Assembly (NCBI GenBank): GCA_049324275.1
Contig: JBMOLG010000010.1
Coordinates: 70,266-134,265 of the forward strand
Direction of reading: 5' to 3'
From: Nanobdellota archaeon
GTDB lineage: Archaea > Nanobdellota > Nanobdellia > Pacearchaeales > GW2011-AR1
DNA: 64,000 nucleotides
This document shows, piece after piece, positions 37,036-46,510 of the stretch. Both the position numbers and the translations under genes were made by a program. Each line of letters begins with the position of its first letter. The stretch's first letter is position 1. The notes beneath the pieces were generated by a model. The model was given only the letters and a program-made list of their open reading frames with translations. It did no database searches and was not told the DNA's origin.

Positions 37036-38025
37036 TTACTTTATTTTCAATAGATTGCCGAATCCGGGGGTCCATTTGTCGCTAATCATTAAAACAGTAT
37101 CAATTGTCCTGATAACTTCTGGGAATTCTTTTTTTGCATTTTCGATTATCTCATAATATTCTTGATAATTATTAACAACTAATTCCGGTTCAATTTGCCA
37201 AATGTTTCTGATGTAATATTGGATGTTCGGAATTGAAGAGAAAAAACCAAGCAATTTTTCTTCGTCTTGTTTTGTATACCTATCAATTTTTATTATTGCT
37301 TTATATAATTCCAGCCCTAACTTGTTTAAATCCACTCCGATTCTATATTGAATAATTATTCCTTTTTCCTCGAGCTTTTTCAGTTTATTTTTTATTATAA
37401 TCTCTGTGGATTTTGTTTTTTTAGCAATCTCAACTAAAGACATTCGTGCATTGTTCACAATTAATGAAAGGATCTCATAATCTAATTTATCCAACTGATT
37501 TTCGACTATCTTTCCGGCAAACATTGTTGGTGCAGATATTTGACTTGTAAAATACATCTTAGGATATTGTTTTACATCAACTAATATTCCTCCTTCTTCT
37601 TGGATGATTATTTTATTAAACTCTGAAATCAATTTGTTCTTTGCTTCAAAGAACTCATAATCTGTTTTGGCAAATATTGAAAAGATTAAATCCCAGTTTC
37701 CCGAGCATTCTCCTAACCAATAGACATTTCCTGATTTTTCAAGATATTCGAAGAGTTTTGCCTTTTCATTAGGAATATTTTTCAGTTTAAGATACAGTTT
37801 ATATGCTTTATACCCCATTTTATGCATATTCAAAGCAGTATTAAAGCTTGTGATAATTCCTTGTTCTACTAACTTGTTAATTCGATATTCAACAGCCTGT
37901 CTTGATTTTCCTACTTTTTTTGCAAGTTTTGTTGAAGGAATCCTGCAATTTTTATCCAGCTCAAATAATATCTTCTCGTCGGTTTTATCTAATTTAATTT
38001 TATTTATTTTTACCATATTTAGCAT
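37036..38025 (-). CDS. Tandem (double) Lrp/AsnC-family regulator
   Basis: Two HTH units (LDKTDEKILFELDKNCR; LDKLDYEILSLIVNNARMS), each followed by a RAM-like domain. Confidence 0.9.
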   Translation of the reverse strand: MLNMVKINKIKLDKTDEKILFELDKNCRIPSTKLAKKVGKSRQAVEYRINKLVEQGIITSFNTALNMHKMGYKAYKLYLKLKNIPNEKAKLFEYLEKSGNVYWLGECSGNWDLIFSIFAKTDYEFFEAKNKLISEFNKIIIQEEGGILVDVKQYPKMYFTSQISAPTMFAGKIVENQLDKLDYEILSLIVNNARMSLVEIAKKTKSTEIIIKNKLKKLEEKGIIIQYRIGVDLNKLGLELYKAIIKIDRYTKQDEEKLLGFFSSIPNIQYYIRNIWQIEPELVVNNYQEYYEIIENAKKEFPEVIRTIDTVLMISDKWTPGFGNLLKIK

Positions 38026-38062
38026 AAACTATATTTTATTTATAAACATTATTGTTTATGCT
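38021..38062. promoter_or_regulatory. Nested inverted repeats, operator candidate
   Basis: ATAAACA-TTAT-TGTTTAT (38042-38059), plus AGCATAAAC (38021-38029) / GTTTATGCT (38054-38062). Confidence 0.5.
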
Positions 38063-38131
38063 CATTTTTCTGAAATAAGTTTAATATATATCTTATTCTT
38101 TGTTGTATTAACTTATTAGGAGTAAATAAAA

Positions 38132-38887
38132 ATGGAAACACAAAACATAGGGGAAAATAACGATGAAGAAAGAAAGAACTTGATTTCAAAGCTTGTTCCA
38201 GGAATCAATTTAGATTTATTTGAAAAGAATACGAATGAACAGGGGAATACTGGAAGTTCTGGATTTTTTGGAGGATTTGATGAAATGTACTCTCTTGAAT
38301 GCTTAAAATGGAGAACTTACGAATTTCCTTTTGAAAGCTTAAATAAAATGCCAAAATGGTATGAGTTTGTTAAAGGCAACCCTTCAAATCAAGTTTTGAT
38401 TGATTTGGGATGTGGACAAAATTATTATGGATATAAAATTGCAAAGTTGTGTGGATTTAATGCTTATGTGGGTGTTGACAAGGTTGCAGACAAAAGATAT
38501 AATGTAAAAGTCGGCGGAAGAGAAAAAGTTCCTGATTCTATTAGAAGTTTGGGATTTGATTTTGAAGAGAGGATACCTCAAGAAGAAATCCCCTCTGTTT
38601 TTGTTCAAGAAGGAATGTTAACTTTTTTGAGAAGATTACCTAGTGAAAGTGTAAGCTTAATGACAAATGGTGTTGATGACAATATCATTGAGGGAAAATA
38701 TCGTGAAAATGTCAAAAAAGAAATTTACAGATGCTTATCACCAAATGGATTTTATTTGACTGACAGTTTAACTGTTCAGGATTTAATGAACATCAGATAC
38801 CCCGATGATGAATTAGATCATGTAACAAGCAGAGGAGTTCTCATTAAAAAAGATTGTAAGGAGGTATTTGAAGATGGAACAAAGTAA
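38132..38887 (+). CDS. Divergent SAM-methyltransferase-like protein
   Basis: LIDLGCGQ, YVGVD, MLTFLRRLP..V, IYRCLSPNGFY; AGGAG SD. Confidence 0.7.
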   Translation: METQNIGENNDEERKNLISKLVPGINLDLFEKNTNEQGNTGSSGFFGGFDEMYSLECLKWRTYEFPFESLNKMPKWYEFVKGNPSNQVLIDLGCGQNYYGYKIAKLCGFNAYVGVDKVADKRYNVKVGGREKVPDSIRSLGFDFEERIPQEEIPSVFVQEGMLTFLRRLPSESVSLMTNGVDDNIIEGKYRENVKKEIYRCLSPNGFYLTDSLTVQDLMNIRYPDDELDHVTSRGVLIKKDCKEVFEDGTK

Positions 38888-39239
38888 TTTAGAAAAAGAT
38901 GTTTTGGATATAGTTAGAAAGTGGAATTCAAAATATTCTGCAGTTTATGAGAATGGTTTAAGTTCTAAGCCGAGAGAAACAGATACAATCTATCAATTGG
39001 AAAGACAAGTTATTGGAAATGATTATGTTTTGACTTCATGGATTTCCGGGATCTTAAGGACTGAGTTTGGATATTCTTCCAATGAAATTGGCAAGCTTGG
39101 AGCTTTAGTGGAAGGTTTAGTAAAAAGTAACACGATTGAGCAGAAGATAACTGGTCCGCTTAATCCTAATATTACTGCCTTTGATTCGCCTAATTGGAAA
39201 AGCTACCATAGTGGCAGACGAGGAATCAAAATAATCTAA
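38874..39239 (+). CDS. Hypothetical protein (start revised to MEQSNLEK)
   Basis: AAGGAGGT SD at 38858-38865. Confidence 0.7.
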   Translation: MEQSNLEKDVLDIVRKWNSKYSAVYENGLSSKPRETDTIYQLERQVIGNDYVLTSWISGILRTEFGYSSNEIGKLGALVEGLVKSNTIEQKITGPLNPNITAFDSPNWKSYHSGRRGIKII

Positions 39240-39240
39240 T

Positions 39241-39265
39241 TTCAATTTTTTATTTTTATTTTTTT
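39241..39265 (+). terminator. Oligo-T archaeal terminator candidate
   Basis: TTTTTTATTTTTATTTTTTT right after the stop codon. Confidence 0.5.
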
Positions 39266-39292
39266 CAATTAAATATCAAATACAAAAACAAA

Positions 39293-39355
39293 ATGAAAAA
39301 CAAAAATACAAACCTCAAATTGAAACTCAAAAGTTTTGAAAGGAGGTACAAGTAA
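39293..39355 (+). CDS. Putative 20-aa leader ORF MKNKNTNLKLKLKSFERRYK
   Basis: Open frame whose ERR codons form AAAGGAGGT, the SD of the next gene; stop lies 2 nt before the next ATG. Confidence 0.35.
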   Translation: MKNKNTNLKLKLKSFERRYK

Positions 39356-39357
39356 AA

Positions 39358-40209
39358 ATGAATAAAATAGCACATTACGGAATACCTAAAGAAAATTGCA
39401 TATTTAGTTATGATGGGCCTCATGGAGAATTTTTCCAAGAGTTGATTGCCAAATCAAATGAAAAATTTAGGGGAACAAAAGCAGAAATTCCTGAAGGTAA
39501 ATCAGGAGAAGTTAAGAATATGAACATAATTAGGAAAATGGCTTTAGTTTCAACTATTGTTAATAATCCTAATTTGCTTAAGTATGGATTATTTCCCATG
39601 ACCGGAATGCAAAGCGAATGCTCATTAAAAGCAGGAAACTTGCAAGCTCCATGCAGATATAGCGAAGATCTTGATTTATTGTTATATGATTCAAGCCCAA
39701 AAGGTGCTAATTCAAGAGAAGCTCAAATGTTAGAACAGCAGATTAGGGGTCATGAAAAAGATTTGTTCTATCATCTCGATAAATTTAAGGGAGAAAGAAT
39801 AATAATCGCAAGCGTTGGAGCCGAACCTGTTCAAGATATGAAATATGGCATTCGGCCAGTTATAATTTCTGGGATAACAGAGGCATGGCCCTGCCGCATT
39901 CTGGAGCAAAGTGAAAATAATCATGAATTTATTTATGGATTGCAATCTGGTTTGCCTTATTCTGAACATGTAGAGATATGTGAAAAAAATTATAGTCCAA
40001 TATATTTTAACACTAGAAGATTATTTATGCCCCTAAAAAAATTAGATATAGGCTTGAGGATATTACAAAGGCACCAAAAAAATCTGCATTTGTCAGCTGA
40101 GGAAAGCAACTTAGCACATGTTCCATATGTAGAGGATAAGCAAGATTGGGGATCACGAATAACTTTTGTATCTCAAAAGCCTTTGTATCCAGAAGGAGCA
40201 TCGTTGTAA
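39358..40209 (+). CDS. Hypothetical protein
   Basis: 283 aa with a strong SD (AAAGGAGGT). Confidence 0.8.
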   Translation: MNKIAHYGIPKENCIFSYDGPHGEFFQELIAKSNEKFRGTKAEIPEGKSGEVKNMNIIRKMALVSTIVNNPNLLKYGLFPMTGMQSECSLKAGNLQAPCRYSEDLDLLLYDSSPKGANSREAQMLEQQIRGHEKDLFYHLDKFKGERIIIASVGAEPVQDMKYGIRPVIISGITEAWPCRILEQSENNHEFIYGLQSGLPYSEHVEICEKNYSPIYFNTRRLFMPLKKLDIGLRILQRHQKNLHLSAEESNLAHVPYVEDKQDWGSRITFVSQKPLYPEGASL

Positions 40210-40337
40210 GTTATAAAATTTTTTATTTTTTTCTTTTATTCTAAGATTACGAAAATGTTATGTTTATCTTTAAATTTAGATTAAAATTTAAAATACTAAA
40301 ACAAAACATTTAAATATAAAATCAATTTTTTTAAGTT

Positions 40338-41366
40338 ATGAATAGGAAACTTTTGGCATTGTCATTGTCCTGCCTTCTAATTTTATGCCTGATTAATTTT
40401 TCTATTGCCCAAGATGAAAATAACTCTTTAATTTCTCCAAGCTCTGATACTTCAACAAGCACTGAAATGGTTTCAACTGAAACCCAAGCAGAAACAGAGA
40501 TTATGAATGAAAATTATGGTGTTCAAATAAGGGTTCTGCAATTGCAAAAAGCTATCAAAAGAATGATTTTGCATGGAGAGGCAATAACCTCTGTAATAAA
40601 ACAAAAAGGAAATGATACGGCAGAACTTGATAATATAATTGCAGAAATGAGTGTTTTATTAAATGAATCAAAATCAATAAATACTGGAGCTTCAAATGAT
40701 GAAATAGTTCAAAATTTTGTGGACATAAAAGAAGATGCAATCAGCTTAAGAAAGGAATTCAAAGAAAAAGCTGAAGTTTATTTAGATTCTTCAGACAAAG
40801 AAGCTTTGGTTAAAGAGTTAAAAGAAATTGACAGGACAGAATTGCAGGAATATAATGATCAAATTAAAGAGAAAATTAGGGCATTTAATTCTGAAAGGGT
40901 AGGAAAATTAATGGATTTGACTGGAATTCAAATAGAAGGATTAGAAGACAAAATCAAAAATGGAGAAATTAATTCTGTTCAAGCTTTAAAGCAAATTAGA
41001 AATGAATATAAAGTAATGAGTAACGAAGAAAAAAATCAAGTAAAAAATAATTTTAAGAATAATGTAACTGCAAGGGATGTTAAAAATGCAGCAGTTGTTT
41101 CAAAAATCCGCCAAAAAAGAGCAGAAACAATTTCTACACGAGCTGAGAACAGAGCACAAGTTTTAGCTAAACAAGGACATCCTGTCTTAGCAGCAAGGGT
41201 TCAGGCAAGAGCGGATACATTTAGCACTAGAGCTCAAAATATTGAGAATGTCAGAACTGCTGTAAAAGAAAGAGTTCAAAGCAGAATGAATTCTTCTGCT
41301 TCAACAATTTCCCCTTCTGAGTCATCCTCAACTAATTCAAATGCTAATGGAGTTGAAAATGTTTAA
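40338..41366 (+). CDS. Secreted coiled-coil/helical protein
   Basis: Signal peptide (..NFSIA|QD), long heptad-like helices, basic Ala/Arg-rich C-terminus. Confidence 0.8.
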   Translation: MNRKLLALSLSCLLILCLINFSIAQDENNSLISPSSDTSTSTEMVSTETQAETEIMNENYGVQIRVLQLQKAIKRMILHGEAITSVIKQKGNDTAELDNIIAEMSVLLNESKSINTGASNDEIVQNFVDIKEDAISLRKEFKEKAEVYLDSSDKEALVKELKEIDRTELQEYNDQIKEKIRAFNSERVGKLMDLTGIQIEGLEDKIKNGEINSVQALKQIRNEYKVMSNEEKNQVKNNFKNNVTARDVKNAAVVSKIRQKRAETISTRAENRAQVLAKQGHPVLAARVQARADTFSTRAQNIENVRTAVKERVQSRMNSSASTISPSESSSTNSNANGVENV

Positions 41367-41604
41367 TCAAAAAAAAGCAATCAGCAAATTTTTAGTAATC
41401 GTAATTATTTTATTATTAGTAGGATTATGTTTATTTGTTATCTATAGAAGAAATGCCAGCAAAACTAATCCTGCTTTATCCAGCAACAATCTTGAGAATA
41501 GTGAAAGTTCATCTGGTTCAGCAAGCATTGAAGATAACACAATATTTGAAAATGAAACTTTATCTGAAACCAATGAAATTGATTTAGGTCCTTTAATTGA
41601 ATAG
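41359..41604 (+). CDS. Small class III signal-peptide membrane protein
   Basis: MFNQKKA|ISKFLVIVIILLLVGL; acidic Ser-rich tail; overlaps the upstream stop. Confidence 0.65.
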   Translation: MFNQKKAISKFLVIVIILLLVGLCLFVIYRRNASKTNPALSSNNLENSESSSGSASIEDNTIFENETLSETNEIDLGPLIE

Positions 41605-41640
41605 ATGAACTATATTAATTTTGAAATCTTCTAAATGGTG

Positions 41641-41975
41641 TTAAGCTAATTTAGAACCATTTGGGACTCTTCTTCCGGAATTGCTAAAACCACTTCTTTA
41701 TTGTCTAGAATAAATCCCGTTGTCAAAACTTCTGATTTAAAGTTTGCTATTTGCTTTTCGGGAAAATTAAGAACGCAAATAACCTGTTTGTTGATTAGGT
41801 CATCTTTTTTGTATAACTTTGTAATTTGTGCACTGGATTTTTTAATTCCATATTCCCCAAAATCTATCGATAATTTATATGCGGGATTTTTTGCTTCTGG
41901 GAAATCTTCAACTTTTATGACTGTTCCAACGCGTAATTCAATTTTCTCAAAATCTTTCCAAGTTATTTTATCCAT
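41641..41975 (-). CDS. csaA: CsaA/Trbp111 tRNA-binding chaperone with an apparent 1-nt frameshift near the C-terminus
   Basis: ITWKDFEKIELRVGT..PAYKL.IDFG..SSAQIT..NFPEKQIANFKSEVL; family-like end VPNGSKLA* is in the -1 frame. Confidence 0.9.
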
Positions 41976-41976
41976 T

Positions 41977-43344
41977 TTAAAATTTTATCTTGCCCTTAAA
42001 TTTTCTTGCCATCTTCATCAGTGTTTTTTGATCAATTTGTCCGGATTGCATTGAAGCCATTGATGATTCAGAATTAATCAATTCCTTAAGCAATTTATAC
42101 TGCTTTATTAAAGAACGTATTTCAGTCGTAGTTACTCCTGAACCTTTTGAAACTCGGCTGATTCTTGATGTCTGCTTTTCCAAAATCTCAGGATTTTCAA
42201 TTTCTTCTTCTGTCATTGAATCGATTGCATTTTTCCAATGACTCACTTTATTCTCCTGATCCTGCAATGCTTTATTCGGGAGCTTTAAATTTCCTGCACC
42301 TGGAATCATTCCCAATAATTTATCAAAGCTTCCTAGTTGATTCATTGAGCCTAATTGTTCATACAAATCTAACAAAGTAAATTTGCCCTGCTTTAGCCTT
42401 TCTTCTATTTTTTTCTGCTGTTTTTCTGTAGTTGCTGATTTAACTTTTTCAATCAAGGCATCTAAATCTCCCATCCCCAATAGTCTTGAAATAAATGAAG
42501 ACGGATCGAATGTTTCAATTTCATGAAGCTTTTCTCCTATACCTACAAAAAATACAGGTGCGTTAGTTTCTGCGCATGCAGTTAAAGCTCCTCCTGCTTT
42601 TGCAGTACCATCCATCCTTGTTATTATTACTCCGTCGATATTTAATGCTTTCTTAAATTCTGAAGCTTGGGTTTTTGCGCTTTGCCCAAGGTCAGCAGGT
42701 ATTACCAGTATCCTAAAATCGGGCTTGATTTTTTTATCAATTGAACTAATCTCTTTGATTAATTCTTTATTCAATCCATCTCTTCCTGCAGTATCAACTA
42801 AAACTAAATCAAACTTTTTCAATTCTTCTTTATACTTATCAAAGATCTTTAACGGATCTTTTTCCTTTTTATCAATAAAGCAGTGCAGTTTTGCTTTTTC
42901 AGCCATTTGTTCTAGCTGGTCCATGGCTGCAGGTCTTTGCGTATCCAAACCAAGCAGTGCAGTTTTTTTTCCTCGTTTTGAAAAATAAAATCCTAACTTT
43001 GAAATTGTTGTTGTTTTACCTGAGCCATAAAGTCCCAGAAATAAAATCTTTGCATTTTTATTTAACTTTAACTCCTGTTTCTTTCCCAAAATAGTTTCGA
43101 TTTGGTCATGAATTAATTTAATAATTTGCTCTTTCTTTTCAACTCCTTTTATCTCTTCATTCAAGGCTAATTTTTTAATTTTCTGGCTTAAATCAAAAAC
43201 TAATTCAACATTAACATCTGCTTCAATCAAAGCCCTTTGAATATCCCTTATAATTTCATCTATAAGTTTTTTATCAACAAATATGCTGTTTGATATTTTT
43301 TTGATGCTCGATTTAAGGACGTTTCCTAATTTTTCTAGTACCAT
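41977..43344 (-). CDS. srp54: Signal recognition particle protein SRP54
   Basis: GLYGSGKTTT, DTAGR, TRMDGTAKAGGAL, M domain (FTLLDLYEQL, IDSMTEEE). Confidence 0.97.
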   Translation of the reverse strand: MVLEKLGNVLKSSIKKISNSIFVDKKLIDEIIRDIQRALIEADVNVELVFDLSQKIKKLALNEEIKGVEKKEQIIKLIHDQIETILGKKQELKLNKNAKILFLGLYGSGKTTTISKLGFYFSKRGKKTALLGLDTQRPAAMDQLEQMAEKAKLHCFIDKKEKDPLKIFDKYKEELKKFDLVLVDTAGRDGLNKELIKEISSIDKKIKPDFRILVIPADLGQSAKTQASEFKKALNIDGVIITRMDGTAKAGGALTACAETNAPVFFVGIGEKLHEIETFDPSSFISRLLGMGDLDALIEKVKSATTEKQQKKIEERLKQGKFTLLDLYEQLGSMNQLGSFDKLLGMIPGAGNLKLPNKALQDQENKVSHWKNAIDSMTEEEIENPEILEKQTSRISRVSKGSGVTTTEIRSLIKQYKLLKELINSESSMASMQSGQIDQKTLMKMARKFKGKIKF

Positions 43345-43420
43345 TTAAGTTAATGGAAATAAGGGTTTTTAGGGTTTTTTGTTTTGATTAGATTTATATA
43401 TTTTAACTTAATAAAATTTT

Positions 43421-43648
43421 ATGGAAGAATTAAAATCAGGAAAATATCAACATTATAAGGGAAAATTCTATGAGGTTATTGGCGTTGGACGGCACAGTGA
43501 AACGTTAGAAGAATTAGTTATTTATAGAGCACTTTATGATTCTGAAGAATTTGGAAATAATGCATTATGGGTAAGGCCAAAGGCTATGTTCCTTGAAACA
43601 GTTAATGTGGGAGGAAAAGAAATTCCCCGCTTTAAATATATTGAATAA
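43421..43648 (+). CDS. DUF1653-family protein
   Basis: GKYQHYKGKFYEVIG..HSETLEELVIYRALY..WVRP..MF..PRF. Confidence 0.92.
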   Translation: MEELKSGKYQHYKGKFYEVIGVGRHSETLEELVIYRALYDSEEFGNNALWVRPKAMFLETVNVGGKEIPRFKYIE

Positions 43649-43673
43649 AATATCTTTTAATTTAACATTTTAA

Positions 43674-44816
43674 CTAAGATAATCCTAAACTCTCAATAAA
43701 TTTATATTTATCAAAAACCTCTAAATCTTTATAATCCTGTCCTGTCCCGAGGAATAATATCGGTTTTTTTGTTATATATCCTACAGAGATTGCAGTCCCG
43801 CCTTTCTCATCAACATCTGCCTTGGATAAAATTATTCCTGTTAATCCTATTGCCTCATCGAACGATTTTGCCTGTTCAATTGCATCATTGCCTGTTATGC
43901 TTTCTCCAATGAATATTTTCATATCAGATTGGGCAACTCTTGAAATTTTTTCTATTTCTTTCATCAAAGAATCTTTTGTATGCATCCTCCCTGCAGTATC
44001 AATTAAAACTATGTCAATGTGATGTTTTTTTGCATATTGAATCGCATCAAATCCAACTGATGCAGGGTCTGTTCCATAATCTTTTTTTATTATGGGAATT
44101 TTTAAATTATCGGCGTGCTTTTGCAATTGCTCAATTGAAGCTGCCCTGTAAGTATCAGCCGCAGCAAGACAACATGAAAGTTTTTGTCTTGTCAAAAAAT
44201 CCGCAACCTTCGCGATTGTAGTAGTTTTCCCAACGCCATTAATTCCGACAAATGTAATAATAAATGGCTTTTTTACTGATAATGTTTGTTTTATCTCATT
44301 CAAAAAATCAGGAGGAGAAACAAGAATTTCTTCTATTGATTCTTTTAATTTTTGTTTCAAATTTATTTTTGCTAAATCTTCACCAATTAAATTGTTTTTA
44401 AAATCTGATTTTATTTTATCAACAACTTCTAATGCAACATTATTCTGAAGCAAAATTAATTCCAAATCCTGAAATAACTCTTCAAATTTTTCTTCTGTCA
44501 GCTTTTTTTTAAATAAAGAAAATAATTGTTTTGGCTTTTCTTCTTTATCTTTTCCTTCTTTAACTGGGTAAAATTTTTCTTCTTTTGTTTCATTAACGAT
44601 TTCTTCCTGTTGAATCTGTAATTCTTCTTCTTTTTTATTTGCCTTCTGTTCTTGTCTCTTTGTATCTTTTTTTGATTTTTGGATATGTTTTTCAGATTTA
44701 TCTTTTTTCTTATCTTCCTTGTCTTTCTTTTCAGGCTTTTCTGGAAGTTCTTCAGTTTCAGGCTTTTCTGCCTTGCTTATCCAGCCTTTTAATTTTTCTT
44801 TTAAAAATTTGAACAT
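43674..44816 (-). CDS. ftsY: SRP receptor FtsY
   Basis: Charged N-terminus; GINGVGKTTTIAK, DTYRAASIEQL, DTAGR, KGGTAIS, GTGQDY.DL. Confidence 0.97.
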   Translation of the reverse strand: MFKFLKEKLKGWISKAEKPETEELPEKPEKKDKEDKKKDKSEKHIQKSKKDTKRQEQKANKKEEELQIQQEEIVNETKEEKFYPVKEGKDKEEKPKQLFSLFKKKLTEEKFEELFQDLELILLQNNVALEVVDKIKSDFKNNLIGEDLAKINLKQKLKESIEEILVSPPDFLNEIKQTLSVKKPFIITFVGINGVGKTTTIAKVADFLTRQKLSCCLAAADTYRAASIEQLQKHADNLKIPIIKKDYGTDPASVGFDAIQYAKKHHIDIVLIDTAGRMHTKDSLMKEIEKISRVAQSDMKIFIGESITGNDAIEQAKSFDEAIGLTGIILSKADVDEKGGTAISVGYITKKPILFLGTGQDYKDLEVFDKYKFIESLGLS

Positions 44817-44935
44817 GCTATTTTATCTTTTTTTCATTTAATAATTTTTTTCATTTTATGCATTATTTATTGTTTAACTTGGTTTATATGACTTTTTATA
44901 ATAATCATTAAAAAGGCTTTTAATCTTTAGAACAA

Positions 44936-45493
44936 ATGATAACTTATAATGAATTATATGATGCATTAAGGAAAGAAAGATATTCTGAACAACTTCAAGG
45001 CCTTCCTAAAAGTTTTATTAAAGAGGTTTCAGAGTACCTAAAAGATAAAAAAGAATTCAGCGAAAAAAGCAACGACTTATTTTCTGATTTGGCAATCAAA
45101 AACAAGAAGAAACTTGAAAATGCCATATCTATTTTTCGTGAATTAATCTTAAGGAGGAAAAAAAAGATTTTAAATCTTGCCTTTGTTGCTGCGGAAACAG
45201 GGATATCTAAAAGGGATTTTGAAAATTTATTTGATTTTGAAAAGGAATTATTTGAGTCAATTGTAAAAAGCCTGAACAAATCTGAAAAAACTCTCAATAG
45301 CATGATGACTGAATCAGAAAAATCCGAACAAAAATATAAATTAGTCAGATTTTTAGAGGATGTTTCTGAATTTGTCGGTCTTGATGGAGACCCCATAGGA
45401 CCTTTTGAGAAAGGAGAAATAGCAAATATTGAGAAAGAAATTATTGATATTTTATTAATCGATAAAAGAGTTGAACTATTGGATGATGAATAG
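44936..45493 (+). CDS. GINS complex subunit (Gins15/51)
   Basis: ITYNELYDALRKER..LQ.LP..F..RRKKKI..A; B domain VRFLEDV.EFVGLDG..GPF..GEIA. Confidence 0.88.
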   Translation: MITYNELYDALRKERYSEQLQGLPKSFIKEVSEYLKDKKEFSEKSNDLFSDLAIKNKKKLENAISIFRELILRRKKKILNLAFVAAETGISKRDFENLFDFEKELFESIVKSLNKSEKTLNSMMTESEKSEQKYKLVRFLEDVSEFVGLDGDPIGPFEKGEIANIEKEIIDILLIDKRVELLDDE

Positions 45494-45494
45494 T

Positions 45495-45746
45495 CTAATA
45501 ATACTTGTCAAGAACGGCTTCTTCTAAAAATTTTAATGCTGCAGGCTTGCCCTTTTCTTTTGCAATTTGCATGCATGTGTCATTCAATTCCAAACTATGC
45601 TGAAAAAGTTCTTCTAAAATATATTTTGCCCGGTTTGCCGGCTCATCTATAGAAATTCCTCGTGAAGCATAAAGAGCTCCCAATTCTCTTTTATGATTTC
45701 TTTTATACATTGCAATTTCTCTTTGTGTCCAATCTTCATAGACCAT
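45495..45746 (-). CDS. Hypothetical protein
   Basis: 83-aa ORF with TTTTAAAA promoter upstream. Confidence 0.6.
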   Translation of the reverse strand: MVYEDWTQREIAMYKRNHKRELGALYASRGISIDEPANRAKYILEELFQHSLELNDTCMQIAKEKGKPAALKFLEEAVLDKYY

Positions 45747-45804
45747 GAAATTAAAGCTGAATATAAATTTTTAAAAATTATTATCTTGCATTGATTATTA
45801 TTGA

Positions 45805-46278
45805 TTACTTAGATTTCAGTATCATAGCTTTTTCTAAAAATTCTTTTAAATCTTTTGTCCTTCTTCTGTAAACTTCTTCCAATCCCGAGATGATCATTCC
45901 ATCTGCACAGGGACTCATTCCCTTTAATGTTTTATCTGCTTTTGTTGTATAACCTTGCATTTCAGGATTTCCAGGCCACCAATCAATATTATAATAGCAG
46001 AACCAATCAATCATTTTCATCCTGTCTGCCCATACTATTCCTATTGCATATCCTAAATTGCAATAATCAATCAAGTTTCTAAAGTCCTCTGATTTTTGAA
46101 TATGCTCTGCATATTCCATTGCATTTTTTATTTTATCTCTCCCTGTTTTTCCGTCGAAAATTTCAATTCCGAATGCATGCACATATATTCTTGACTTTTC
46201 ATCAGGAAAACTTTTCATTTCCAATATCTTTGGAGGGAATGGTTCTTTTGTTAAGTCAAATGTTCTGGTTACTTGCAT
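45805..46278 (-). CDS. Hypothetical protein
   Basis: 157-aa ORF with protein-like composition. Confidence 0.7.
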   Translation of the reverse strand: MQVTRTFDLTKEPFPPKILEMKSFPDEKSRIYVHAFGIEIFDGKTGRDKIKNAMEYAEHIQKSEDFRNLIDYCNLGYAIGIVWADRMKMIDWFCYYNIDWWPGNPEMQGYTTKADKTLKGMSPCADGMIISGLEEVYRRRTKDLKEFLEKAMILKSK

Positions 46279-46358
46279 ATATTTTTTTGTACTTAATTCT
46301 TTTTAAGCTTTGATATAGAATTAAAATGGATAATAATACTAATATTTAAATGATGTTT

Positions 46359-46510
46359 ATAGCTAAAAGCCTGCAGAGGTCCTAAAAATTTTCTTTGAAA
46401 ATTTTGGGAACGTTCAATTCTCACGAATTGAAGTATTTGTACCCGATGCGCATTCAACTCTAAAGAATTAAAGCTATTTCGCAAGCTCAATAGCTAAAAG
46501 CCTGCAGAGG
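46359..46510. mobile_element. 110-bp hairpin mini-element flanked by a 21-bp direct repeat overlapping the tRNA-Thr 3' end
   Basis: ATAGCTAAAAGCCTGCAGAGG at 46359-46379 and 46490-46510; internal hairpins AAAATTTTC-TTT-GAAAATTTT and TTCAATTC-TCAC-GAATTGAA. Confidence 0.65.

Noticed and set aside
43344-43674. Possible SRP RNA between srp54 and ftsY
   Set aside because: The interval is AT-rich and occupied by a DUF1653 gene; no GC-rich structured stretch
46293-46490. 65-aa ORF across the tRNA-Thr mini-element, considered as a possible mobility gene
   Set aside because: TTG start, no recognisable motif, and it crosses the element boundary
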